This document shows positions 52,278 to 64,000 of a DNA stretch of 64,000 bases, piece after piece (positions within the stretch are counted from its first letter, which is position 1; every line of letters begins with the position of its first letter). The position numbers and the translations under genes were made by a program. Under the pieces are notes generated by a model, which did not search any database, was not told the DNA's origin, and saw nothing but the letters and a program-made list of their open reading frames with translations. This stretch comes from Ruditapes philippinarum (taxonomy: Eukaryota): NCBI RefSeq assembly GCF_026571515.1, contig NW_026860384.1, forward strand, positions 62,001 through 126,000, read 5' to 3'.

Positions 52278-53074
52278 GGTATTAGGACCCTAATGGGCAC
52301 TATCAGGAACTAAAAAAAATGACATCATAGGTCAGATGTTTACCTTAAGGTACACCTGTTTTCAAAATTTAAACAAAGTTTACCGTACGGAAATCAAGTT
52401 ATGGCCACTTTTCTGAACTCAAGCTAGGATGTTATGAGGGCCCTTTTTTAGAAATGAGGAACCTTTCAATAATCTGCAATAACATTCTTATGAAAAATGT
52501 TTTCCCATTAATTTTTGGTAAGAAACAAATAGTACCATACAGCTAACAATCAACATAAGCAAAATTATGGTTTCTACTTAAAATTTATGAAATCTGTATA
52601 AAAATGTTACCCTACCCCACCCATTTTTACCACGTGTCTGACCATTTTTCTACTTAGGGAGCCTAATTTAAAAAATTCTTAAAATTTACCCAAGTGAGTG
52701 CCTGTTTTCAAAGTTTCCCTAAATTTTTAAAAAAAAGTATATTCGTTGATCTTGTAAAATATGAAATACTTTTACCGTCTAGTTTTGATTATATTACACT
52801 TTGAAAATACCAGGTACCATATTTATTACTAGATTTAGCATAATTTAGCCAATAAATACCTATATAAATTTAAATATCAAAATTAAACACATTTTTCTTT
52901 CCAAATGGGACATGAGAGATATATAAATAATGTTTAAAGAAAAAAAGAAAGAAAAAAAAAGTTGACCCTTCTGGGGATTGAACCCATGGCCCACATTTTC
53001 AATGTAGTTAACAGTAGTTCTAGCCTATTTGAATACTCTTCAAAGCGTAGGTAATGCATTAGGATGCTAATACC
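52278..53074. mobile_element. Kolobok-like MITE inserted in a TTAA of the satellite array
   Basis: TIRs ggtattaggaccctaatg / cattaggatgctaatacc (16/18 match), flanks TTAA / TTTA. The satellite unit resumes in register after it. Confidence 0.8.
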
Positions 53075-53694
53075 TTTACATATCAATACGGAGTCTTGAG
53101 AAGTTCACATGTTCTTTTTACATAATGAAACATAGTGTTAACAACATCACATGACACATAGTCATTTACCAATGGTAGTTAGGCAAGTCAACATTGTCGT
53201 TTAACATATAGGTATGAAGCATTGAGAACTTTCGTTTAACATATAGGTATGAAGCATTGAGAATTTATCTTCTTCTTTTAACATAATAAGACATTATGTT
53301 AACAATATCATATGAAACTTAGACCTTTTCAAATTGAACCTAAACACGTCAACATTGTCATTTAACATATAAATGTGAAGTCTTGAGAAGTTCATTTGTT
53401 CTCTAAACACAATAAAACGATACGTTGACAATATCACATGACACACAATAAGACGTTATTTTAACAATATCACATGGCACATTGACATATTGAAATGGTA
53501 GCTAAACAAGTCAACATTGCCGTTTAACATATCATTACGGAGACCTGAGAAGTTGACATGTTCTTTTAACATAATAAGACATTATTTTAACAATAACACA
53601 TGGCTGTGGCGTTCCATAGACATGGCATTCTAAACGTGTTCAGCATAACATTAAATCATTATATTAGTGAGTCCAATTTTGTTTGCTTTGTTTT

Positions 53695-54045
53695 TCAATT
53701 CATTGTATATCTTAATGGTGGAAATGATATAAGAGGTATCCAAGTCTTTCCTGATATTGTTGAAGTATTTTTACTTATGTTTGCATAGATACTATTGTCA
53801 GTCTACAGAAACAATTAAACTTGCTACAAAAATGTTGTATTAATAGTAAACTTTGGAAAAAAAACTGAGGTGCTTGCATTTAAAAGAAGTGGTCATTTAT
53901 CTAGAAGAGGAACATGGAAGTATAATGGTAACCGAGTAGAATTTGTAAGCGGTTTCACATATGTTGGTAAATATTTTGGTGACATATTATCTTCATACAT
54001 AATGGCTGAGGCTATGATCACTAAAGCGTAAAAGGTACTTATGTG
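53695..54045 (+). mobile_element. LINE RT remnant, copy 4 (retains RT motif deleted in the other copies)
   Basis: GIQVFPDIVEVFLLMFA*... then FKRSGHLSREE.WKYNGNRVEFVSGFTYVGKYF. Confidence 0.75.
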
Positions 54046-54169
54046 TGTTACATGTGCTTAAATTTTTATAGATAATATAAATAAAATCCTGAAGCAGTAT
54101 TTTGACTTGCATTTGATTTTCTCCTCCAATATATCATTCAATCATTAAAGCATCTTTGAAGCTGTAATT

Positions 54170-54700
54170 AGACTATGTAGCTGTAGGCCGTAGCATAGTA
54201 TATAGGATGCCGTTTCAGGTAACATTCTATTTATCTATCTCTCTAACTCTGCACTTTACACCATATTCTCGTGTTATACTAAATAAATTTGACTGTATCG
54301 GCTAATCGAAGTGTACAATACCGATGAGACTACAATGTAATCATTGAAGTGTATATTCGATTGGGAATACATTTGAATAATTGCAAAATATAAATTGTTT
54401 TATATGTATGTCGCAGTCCACTCTAATTATAAGGGAAAGGTGCTGCTAAGAGGTTCTTGGCTTGAGGGTTGCTGTAAAAAAATAGAGACGCGCTCTCAGA
54501 AAATATTTATTATCAAACAATATGAAGTCTGGCTCGCGTCATGAAAATCTTCAGTACAAGTGCGCATGCGTGAAGGTAATACAATATTTAGATTTGAGGC
54601 CCGTACCAGTGTTCAGTACATATTTGGTAATAAATGAATGAATGAAGAAATGAATGGATGAGTAAATGAATAAAAGGATGAGTGGATGAAATATAGGAAA
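54170..54700 (+). mobile_element. SINE/LINE-type 3' end with aataaa(tgaa)n tail
   Basis: ...agtacaagtgcgcatgcgtgaaggtaatacaatatttagatttgaggcccgtaccagtg...ggtaataaatgaatgaatgaa. Resembles, from memory, a bivalve SINE family. Confidence 0.55.
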
Positions 54701-55104
54701 AGGGACACAAATATTAGGATTTCACAAGATATATATATACAGTAACAGATACAACAGCTTTGATATGGATATGTAAATAACATAATCTACGGTCTACAAT
54801 ACGGACATACATGGACAAATAGCATATAACATTAACACATCAATATGACCCTGTGACATGTATTTTCTAGGTAATTTTTATAGCCACGTGTTTGATAAAC
54901 ATGTTTCGACAATATTGTATGTTAATATATTAATCTGCTTTGTAAACAATGCATTTGAAGATGTTTTTCTATTATTCTTTGTGCATACTATATATGTCGT
55001 TAAAGTTATATAATAAATCATGCCATTTTATCTGATCATTTCACTATAATGTTGTCATTGGTTTAGAAAACATATTTCAAAAGTCTCTTTCAATTAATTA
55101 TTAG

Positions 55105-56367
55105 TTATAGTAAGACAAGAACCATAAACAAAAGCGTGGAGATTACAAACAAAGACACGAAAACAAAGAATAGAAGATTATCGATATGGTGAACAAAAAA
55201 CTTCCTACGCTCGGGGGAACCAGGTCTTGTGACCGTCTTTGACTTTGTATCAGTGTTGCTATGTTTTGGGCTTTCGGTTTTTCGTATGTCTTCATTTACC
55301 TCTATTGCTTCAACAGGTCTAGAGGTAACAAGTTTTCGCCTCTTGCTAAGATTATAGCACTGGCTGTAGACAGAAACAAGGCTAGAGCTTAGTGAATCGT
55401 CGTGAATATGTGTCGCCCTTATTAGTAAAATAGATACGGATGTTATTACCACGGCAACTGTCAGTTGATAGCTTATATATATTTGAAGATAAGATATATG
55501 CTTAGGAACCCGAGGCATGGAGTCACTGACCAAATTCAGCAGCACAACAAAGGTGAGGAGCAAAGAGATACTGTAACTTATTCGTTCCCCACTCGCTACT
55601 GGTATCTTGAAACACAATACGATCATAAATGACAAAAGGAAAACGGGAACTATAATGTTAAGAACATAAAACAACGAGTGACGTTTAAGAGTCAAAGTTA
55701 TATCAAGAAATGTTGTATATCCAAAAATCACTCTTTTCTCAATAATTGATTTTTCCAAAGCCCATTCACCATTTTCCTTATATAAAACTCTTATTACTTG
55801 ATCACGTAAAGCATCAATGTGAACTTCAGTGTCCGGAGTTGTTTTTGAAATCACAATTGTACAATGTTGAACATCAAATGGGTATTTGGTGATGCCAACA
55901 TTACAAGATGTACGGATATTTCCTCCTGTATACCATTGTGCGTCACCGTTACTTTCAACTTTAATTTGTAACATGTCCGCGCGATTTTCTGTCAGGACGT
56001 ATAATGAGTCAATACTATTGCCTGCAATAAGATCGGGTATCCATGCGTCTACAGGTGATATATACATTGTTTTAATCTCACTAAATTCTGATTCATTCCA
56101 AACTAAAGTTTCATATTTCCAGTTACACGTTAGAGCAATTGAAGACTGTAAGACCTGTTCCTTTTCATCTAATCCTTGAATTGCCTGTAAGTTAAAGTCG
56201 ATTCCTACAATAATTGATTTAGACTGATTAATGACTGGTCTAATTGTTTTGTCAAAGTTTTCCTCTAGATGTCTATAAAGTCTTTTATATTCCCAAAATG
56301 TATTACCCTGGCCATTTTCTATCATTAAAAGACAAACTACACAGAATAAGATATATGTCACTTCCAT
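55105..56367 (-). CDS. Intronless nAChR-like Cys-loop channel subunit (copy 3), 420 aa
   Basis: Intact ORF, Cys-loop CNVGITKYPFDVQHC, M2 GERISYSISLLLTF, same length as copies 1 and 2. Confidence 0.97.
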   Translation of the reverse strand: MEVTYILFCVVCLLMIENGQGNTFWEYKRLYRHLEENFDKTIRPVINQSKSIIVGIDFNLQAIQGLDEKEQVLQSSIALTCNWKYETLVWNESEFSEIKTMYISPVDAWIPDLIAGNSIDSLYVLTENRADMLQIKVESNGDAQWYTGGNIRTSCNVGITKYPFDVQHCTIVISKTTPDTEVHIDALRDQVIRVLYKENGEWALEKSIIEKRVIFGYTTFLDITLTLKRHSLFYVLNIIVPVFLLSFMIVLCFKIPVASGERISYSISLLLTFVVLLNLVSDSMPRVPKHISYLQIYISYQLTVAVVITSVSILLIRATHIHDDSLSSSLVSVYSQCYNLSKRRKLVTSRPVEAIEVNEDIRKTESPKHSNTDTKSKTVTRPGSPERRKFFVHHIDNLLFFVFVSLFVISTLLFMVLVLL

Positions 56368-59006
56368 GTTTTCACCAAACGTAAGAAGCAGTTATAAATA
56401 TCTGCTTTTATCAAACATATAACAGATATCCTTTCCGTAACATTTACTTTTATACAGACATTATAATCATATAACGTTAATGGATATTCTACGTCATTCT
56501 TTCAAAGATAACACTTTGATTTTCTGTTTTTCAATGTTCATACGTTACTGATATTTTCAATTTACTGATATTTTCAATTAACATGATTATGTCAGGATAG
56601 CTTTTATTGTGATGCCCGTACATTTGTAAAGAGTCCCCGCTGTGTATTTGATATCATCGTCGAAAGAAGTACTTTATATAGCTAGTAATTAAAAGGTAAA
56701 ATGCTTTTAAAATGCCTTTAATCATACTTTTTTTACTTTTGTCATCATCAGTAATTCTACGATGTGATTTTGTTAACAGACATTTAATGGAAGCATGTAT
56801 GAACATATATTACCTTTGCGTATTTTTTCTAAAATCACAATTACGGATTACATTAGTACTTGGATAAACTCAAATTGTCATGTATAGTCTCAATATGAAA
56901 TACCCTTGATAGATAATGCCAAATTATTGAATTTTACTTAATTTGACAATGACCTTTCTTTGACTAAAGTCATTGAATTTTCATAAAATTGGCCAAATTT
57001 GTATTATAAATGAATGGATTTGATTTATTTACGCATCCGAAAATAAGGTTATCTGAACATTTTTTTAATAAAAGCCTGTGTAGCGAATAACGCAATCCCC
57101 AGCACGTACCAAAAAAAAATGATTCGTACTTGCTTCAATTCGTTTTTTCCCTAAATGTTTATTGTTTTAGATGATGAATGCCAAATAAGATGAAAACAGA
57201 ATTCGTGTTTTCAATAGTATATAATAACGTTTTGCGATATATATTAGGTAGACGTTTAACATCATCTACCGAGAACAGTCTACTGAGGGTAGTAGAAAAG
57301 TTCTTTCGGTATTTTCATGCACAAGGGTTATAGGGATTGTGAACGCTGCTGGAAGTTTCGTTATGTTTTTTTTGATATACTTATAATCAGTCATTTATAA
57401 CTAAGAACATTTTAATATAGAGTGGTCTATTCACTAGAAAATCTAAGAAAGTTCTAAAACAATTGTAACATATTTCTATAGGAGAAAGCTAGGTAAACAG
57501 AAGTAAAGTATCTAATGATGTTATAATTACTACATAATGTTAAGTCTTGAACAATATGCAAATGCAAACTTCGTTCAAGCAATACGTGGGAGAAACGTAA
57601 GAAATCTCCAACAACGAACTGAATAACATTTGTAAGTTGTTCAGAAAGTAAATGTAATGAGCACATTAATAGTTAATATCCAAAATCTAGAGCAAAAGGT
57701 AGAAAGACTTGATAATACATGTAAAATTGAGTCGAAAAAAACATTAATTGCATTTGATAGAATAAACATCTTTAAACATTTAATAATCATTCGAAACAGA
57801 TATCGTTGAAATATTAAATACAACTATAACGGCTATAAATTCCTGAACATGTACTTTAATGTGTCTTTGATTTCATGAGGAAACTATATGAGCAAAGCAA
57901 GGGCATGTATGTAAAATATCAAATGCCTCAGTGATCTTAATAATCTAGGCTAAAGTAACTGAATATGAGTTAACTTTTTACTAATCATTTATAATTTTAA
58001 GATGTTAAGTTATTATCCTATATATAAATTGACATGTTAACAAATTGTGAACCTTGATAAACTACTATTCGAGTTGATTGAGAAGATCTATTTTAATTCT
58101 GATATAACTTTGATCTGTGTATAAAATAACGTCCGACATATTATAAGAAACTACGAGTTAGTATTATTACTCATTGTATAACACATTGTAGAGATTTTTA
58201 GGTTTTATAAACTTGATGAAAAACATATATTTCATAGAATGTAAAAATTATAATAGACTTTATAAGGGACAATTGATTTATCTATTAGTGTGAAATATTA
58301 ATTAATTTAGAAATAATAATATTCATATTAATTTACAATTTTCATATGTGAACTTCCCAGAGCAATAAAGGTATATATGGCAGATAACAGACTTGACTAA
58401 GACTTTTTGAGAAGAAAAAAATGATTTCCATTGAAAATATCATGTTAAACGAAAGTAATTGGTTATGGTCAATGATGACGTACAAAAGTTGTGATTTAAT
58501 GTACAATGGTGTATTTTGTGGCGCATGGCGGTAATGGCTCACATCATTGCATTCCTCTGATTAAAATTATGTATACATGTACTCATTTAAGATATCCGAC
58601 TTGAAATATAAATAACAATGCTTTAAAAGTCATCTTAATCATTTAACTTAAATTCGTCACACACACACACACGCGCGCGCGCGCGTGCGCGCACACACAT
58701 ACGCTCACACATACCAACACACACTAGCACACACTCACGCACGCGCAAAACTTCTTCATATTTCATCTTAATCTTTAACTTTACAAGAGGACACAGCTGT
58801 ACTTTTGGAGTATTAACAAAAAGAATCAAATAATTAAATATCTTTAAGAATTGACAGGTGTCTTTGAATTAGGTATCCGTCAGTGTGACATCGTAATATA
58901 TCTTCAATAATAATTATCTACAGACCCAAGTCTCTAATGAGAGGGATGTCGGTATTGAACTGGAAGCTATATTTTTCCACTGCTTTTGTGACGAATGCTC
59001 CGCTGT

Positions 59007-60435
59007 AAGAAAACTTCAACTTGAAGACCCTTGTATCAGTGTCATTTTATTGGCCAAGGAAAATGATAGCATCCCTACTAAAGATGATATTAAGAATTTT
59101 GATTCAGAAACTAAAACATTTTGTTTACATTGGGAATTGTTAACCCTACATGATGGAGTTCTTTATAAACAAATATTTTCTGATTTTAGTGCATATCATG
59201 CTTTAATATTACCACAAGTTCTAAGAAAAGATGTTTTTGATCAATTACATGTTAAAAGAATCTAGGGACATTTTGGTAGAGATCGCACGTTAGAGGCTGT
59301 TAAAAAACGTTTCTATTGGCCGAATATGTCCGATAGTATAAAAAGATGGTGCGTAGAATGTGACCTATGTGCAAGATGTAAACCTGGTCCTGGGTTCGGA
59401 AAATGCCCGCTGCAACAATTTTCAGTTTGTAGACGATTTCAGGTAGTAGCTATTGACATTTGCTTTCCTTTGCCAATTTCAGATAACAATAACGAGTATA
59501 TCATGGTTGTCGGTGATTACTTCATAAAATGGAAAGAAGCGTTTGCAATACCTGATCAAACGGCATTTACAGTAGCAGATAAGCTAGTTACTGAAGTAAT
59601 ATGCCGATTTGGTTGTCAGGAACAAATACATACTGACCGAGGTCGAAATTTTACTTCCAAATTATTTACGGAGGTATGTAAGTTCTTAGAAATAGACAAA
59701 ACCAGAACCTGTCCTTACAGACCCCAAAGTGATGGCCTTATAGAGCGATTCATGCGTACGCTTAAACAAATGTTGTCCACATTTTGCTATGAGAACCAGA
59801 ACAATTGGGACGAATATTTACCTTACCACATGATGGCATATAGGGCAACAGAGCACTCTAGTACCAAATGTACTCCAAATATGTTAATGTTTGGTCAAGA
59901 AACCAAGATGCCCCTTGATTTGATGTATGGTTCTCCACCAAATCAACCAGAATTTGTATGTTCAGTACGTTATGTAGAGTGGTTACAGGCTGCAAACATT
60001 AAAGCTTATGAAACGGCTCATAGAAATATATTAGGTGCTGCAAAACATCAAAGAAATGACCATGATAAAACCTCCAAAATAAGAGAGTTCAAAAAAGGTG
60101 AGTATGTATGGCGCTGGTACCCACCTCATAACAACCAAAAGCTGGAATTAGGTTGGATCGGTCTATATAAGATAATCATCAGGAGATCAACTGTAGTTTA
60201 TGCTATACAAGAAGATCCAAACTCTAGAATTATACATGTACATGTGGATCATTTGAAGCTGTATTCAGGAGCCGAAGCACCCAGTACTTGGCAAATTGAG
60301 AATTGCTCAGCTACTAATAGTGATGAAAACCATATTGATAACATTGAGAGTGATGCTGAGGACATTGCTCCCCTAACTCCTGTGAAATCTCGTTTTGGTC
60401 GCTTGATTAGACCTAGACAGATTTACAGTCCTTAA
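59007..60435 (+). pseudogene. Gypsy integrase region of pol (one in-frame stop at 59263-59265)
   Basis: HHCC zinc domain (LH....*GHFG...RFYWP...CVECDLC), rve core (VAIDI, IHTDRGRNF, YRPQSDGLIER), GPY/F-like WIGLYKI and VHVDHLKLY. ORFs 59050..59265 and 59326..60435 share a frame. Confidence 0.93.
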
Positions 60436-61004
60436 ATAAGTAGTATAGTGCAGGCACAGATAGTAACCAAATTGCACTATTGTTCATTACAACATAACAT
60501 TTTTGTTGTTATGATGCTTTTACTCAATTTTTTATAGATACCATATAGATACTGTATATATATTTTAAGAGATACCTTATGTAGGTATAAATGTGATTTT
60601 GAGTTAATGTTCGTCCACGCTTGACTGATGTCTGGATGCTTGCGTGACGTGGCCATAATGAATGTATATTACTATATATGTGTATACATATATGTGATTA
60701 TATATAATGGGTAAAATAAGACATAAAAATGTCTAGGTACAATGTATTTGTAATTATTTTTATATCCATAATAAGGAAAAAATAGTGATATTATATTTCT
60801 AAATCATTCTTTTTATATGATTTGTATATCCAACTTACTTTAACGTTGTTTTAACGTATTAATATAACAAAGTGACTTCAAATATGGTAGTGGTTAAACA
60901 TGCTATATGTCAAACATGTCTATTTATGTATTTATGTATGCATACTGTTCATGTAATTTCTACTGAACTTATCATCAGTTGTTTGTTTTTTGTTAGATAT
61001 AAAC

Positions 61005-61471
61005 ATGGACGAAATAGTCTTAGATGAAGACACGTCAATTCCTGGAACTCCATTCCCAAAGCTAGGAATGTGCTGTGAGGTTGCAGCATGCAACAATCTG
61101 AAAGTATTTTGAACATTTTGCCAGTACAGGAACCATTTTAATGCATATCATGTGCCTCTAGTGAAATTATGGATATGTCCAGGATGTAAAAAACCTTTGC
61201 TTATAAACGTAATCTACAGGCTCACACAAGCCATAAACAGACAAATTGTTTCAAAAAGCCTATTACTATTAAGTCTGTAAGAAATGAAAAAATATATCTT
61301 GAGGGAATTTCCATGCCAGCTTACAACACTTATGACAATTCCAGGGTAACTAAGCAAGAAAGAATCGACCACGACAAAAAGTGTGGAAAGCTCAAAAGGG
61401 ATGCCTGTAAAGAATATGCAGAAAATAAAACAAAATGGCAAAGACTTGCAAGACAAATTGGCCACTGTTGA
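61005..61471 (+). pseudogene. Degenerate zinc-finger-like accessory ORF inside the Gypsy element
   Basis: MDEIVLDEDTSIPGTPFPKLGMCCEVAACNNLKVF*TFCQYRNHFNAYHVPLVKLWICPGCKK, then a 1-nt frameshift, then TFAYKRNLQAHTSH...QIGHC*. Two C2H2-like units. Confidence 0.6.
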
Positions 61472-62714
61472 CAGTAATGTTGATCAATATATGCAATTTA
61501 ATATGTTGCATACATTTGAGACTTATTAATTGATGTTGGTTATAATTGTATATTGTGAGGGCATTTACATTTTTGTTATAAAAAAAAAATTAATATCATT
61601 TTTTTTATTTTTCATAAGGGGGGAGGTGTGTAATAGTTTTGTAGTTTGATATTTCTTAACATGTAAAATATATAAAGGGAAATAATAACTTCAAAATATA
61701 ATTGTTGAGTATTTACATTGTACATTAAAATAAAGGGCAATAATAATAAACGTTTCATTTTAAAATTAAACATAGCTTTGGGGGTTGCGTTCATTGAACG
61801 CCGCCTTTCCTTGTTGATCTTGTTTTTCATATTTGATATTAAATTGTTTTTGTAATTGTTAAAACAGTATGTTATTATGAAATTCTGATAATTGGTTAAA
61901 AATTTGGTACACTTTGAGAAATTTTAAAACCATGTTAAACATTATATTGTGAGTTAAATATAAACTCTTGTTTGCATTGCTGTAATGGGTGGATTTCTAA
62001 TCGGATTGGACATAAGTATATTGTTACTGGTCCTAAGTTTGTGGTAAGGTAATGGTAAGAAGCCTGAGGAAAGTTAATAGTAACACCTCAATAGGCTACA
62101 CTGCCACTGGTGAAGTTGTGCTAATTAACACTTCAGACATTATATTTGATGAAATCATATTGAGATAAATTAAACATTGGGAATATTTTTGTATTAAGAA
62201 TGAAATTTAATCTTATTGCACAAAATTAAATGTCATCAATTTGATCTGTTTTGTTGTTACTGTTGCTAAATTAGGCCCAGTGCTCGAACCATTTGGGGCT
62301 GTAGTCACCCCGCAAATTAATCCGGCTACAAATGCAAAAGTACTATGAATTATATATATGACATACTACACAGGATAAAAATCATTATTTCCGGTATATC
62401 TAAATTATTCGATATTACAACAAAACTGCCTTTATATCCCAATTCACTTGCATCTAATGTAAAATTAAAAAAAAATAATGAAAGAAAAAAAGTGTGACAA
62501 CTTGTGAGACTCGAACTCATGATAAAAATTTAAATTGTATGGCATCCTATTAACTTTACCAACTTTGCCATCGAGACATTTCAAATTGTTTTTCTTATCT
62601 TGAATGATATTCGCTTCTAAATACCCTGTTTTACCTATTCAGACAAAGGTTGTAAACTTTTGTGTACACAAAAAATGCAACGTCACTCTCACATTATCAT
62701 AGCGGCACGGTACA

Positions 62715-63487
62715 TATAAATAATATATGTATGTTTATTGTTATAAATCATCATTTATCTCGTAATAAAAATCCTGCTTAAATATATAACGTATTTGTGT
62801 GTTTATTGTAAGTTTTAGAAAGATTTATTTACAATTGAAAATTCACCCTACAACACAAGCATAAAAAACAACATAAGCATGAACATTTTACTCAATCTAT
62901 ATTTTTCGTTATTTTCGCGTTCTTACGCGAGATGATGTTCTTGGGGCATTCATTTGTGAATAGTCCGTTATACAACTGACTAAAGTTATATTAATCACGT
63001 GAGAAACAAGCAACTTCTAACGGTAAAATGGGGACCCCGTTCTATAGTTATTCTGTCAGTAGATTAACTGTTATTATTTATTGAAACTACAGCAATTGTG
63101 ATCAACTCTGAACTATTTATATCGACTTTTAGTCAGACGTGTTATCAAATCAAAAGACGATGTACATCTGTATAAGTCTGTAAATAAAATTCTGTTCTGT
63201 TCTGTGTCAAATGAGATCGTTTTTATTTCAATGGAAATGTCAAGAATAGCAAGTGCCTTTGTTTAAATTAGACAGAATATCCAAAACAAGTTTAATAGCC
63301 AATATGTATTTCTTGATAATTTGTAGATGTGAATGGAATAAAATCTCAAAAGTGCGCAAGTAACAAAAATATTTAATTACTTTACTTGCAAATCAAATTA
63401 ATTGATGTTATAGGTATTGTAAATTTGTTTTATATATTCTATTCTTTAATGCATTAAAAAGATCATGAAAGATTTATAAAGCATTAA
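62715..63487 (+). repeat. Further paralogue of the 7495-8240 block
   Basis: Co-linear match (gtttattgttataaatcatca ... gaatggaataaaatctcaaaag ... cattaa). Confidence 0.9.
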
Positions 63488-64000
63488 GGGGATTCCGCTT
63501 TGTCAGCCATGTTTGTTTTCACCAAGTCTGTCCAAAGTGAAAGTAGGCCAAAATTCATATAATAACAAAGCTTACAATGTAAAATGATGAGCCATTTGCA
63601 TGTACACTTCCAGTTCTATGATTTATAGACTATTTTAAACAAAAATAAAAATGATAACAATAAGAAAATTTACCTTGAATGTGCTAAATTTCTGAAAACC
63701 AAGTACAATATGTTGTTAAGTTTTATGCACATTTCATGAATGGCAAAATCCAGTTTAAAGTCAGTTTTAGTGCAGACAAATGCTATTTTTTGCAGAAAAC
63801 ACAAAAAAAAACTTGCAAAAACTTAAATCTTAGGAAAGTAGATCATCTGACCTTGAAAAAACATGGCCTCCATGCCATGCGTAAAAAGTAGAACCATGAA
63901 AATAAACATCATTTACCTATTTCTTGTGTACATGACAAACAGACACACTTCACTGTTACACGATATAAAGGTTAGATTTGAAAGTCTGATTGTGTTTTCA
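63488..64000. mobile_element. Left end of a probable TTAA-inserted (Kolobok-like) element running off the window
   Basis: Homology to the paralogous block stops exactly at cattaa, followed by ggggattccg...; the other end is not visible. Confidence 0.5.

Larger units (their letters stand above)
50407..53618. mobile_element. Foldback-like non-autonomous DNA transposon with subterminal 126-bp satellite arrays (possibly IS3EU-type)
   Basis: 16-bp TIRs tatggaaagccacagc / gctgtggcgttccata, 6-bp TSD gacatg (50401-50406, 53619-53624), single gacatg in paralogous empty sites. Arrays run in opposite orientation on the two arms. Confidence 0.85.
47910..53930 (+). repeat. Paralogue of the 6820-8600 block, split by a mariner (49180-50022) and a foldback element (50407-53618)
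   Basis: Co-linear homology resumes on both sides of each insertion. Confidence 0.88.
59007..62330 (+). mobile_element. 3' half of a Gypsy/Ty3 LTR retrotransposon (integrase, extra ORF, PPT, putative 3' LTR)
   Basis: Pol fragment joins flank DNA abruptly at ~59007. Polypurine tract aaggggggagg at 61616-61626 is followed by TGTAAT at 61629, with a plausible LTR end ...GCTACA at 62330. The LTR limits are inferred because no second LTR is in the window. Confidence 0.75.

Noticed and set aside
52960-53000. tRNA-like B-box (ggttcaatcccc, minus strand), with a similar motif near 62505-62520
   Set aside because: No cloverleaf or matching A-box could be built; the first lies inside a MITE.

Overview
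AT-rich, repeat-dense eukaryotic genomic DNA, probably from a bivalve mollusc (inferred from the gene family and repeat types). The only intact host genes I can support are three intronless 420-aa Cys-loop ligand-gated ion channel (nAChR-like, non-alpha) paralogues on the minus strand (13951-15213, 26137-27399, 55105-56367), plus an inverted pseudogene copy (~38.0-39.0 kb). They keep a cation-channel M2 but lack the canonical acetylcholine-binding aromatic residues, and many differences between paralogues fall in the binding-pocket loops. This suggests a diversifying orphan or chemosensory receptor array. The genes sit in a patchwork of segmentally duplicated flank modules loaded with transposons: a decayed Ngaro-type tyrosine-recombinase retrotransposon with an SGNH hydrolase ORF, a Gypsy 3' half with an extra zinc-finger ORF, LINE and Penelope-like remnants, mariner relics, TTAA-targeting (Kolobok-like) non-autonomous elements including an inverted pair forming a 4-kb palindrome, and a foldback-like element carrying a 126-bp satellite. 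All coordinates and alignments were read by eye, and repeat boundaries are approximate.
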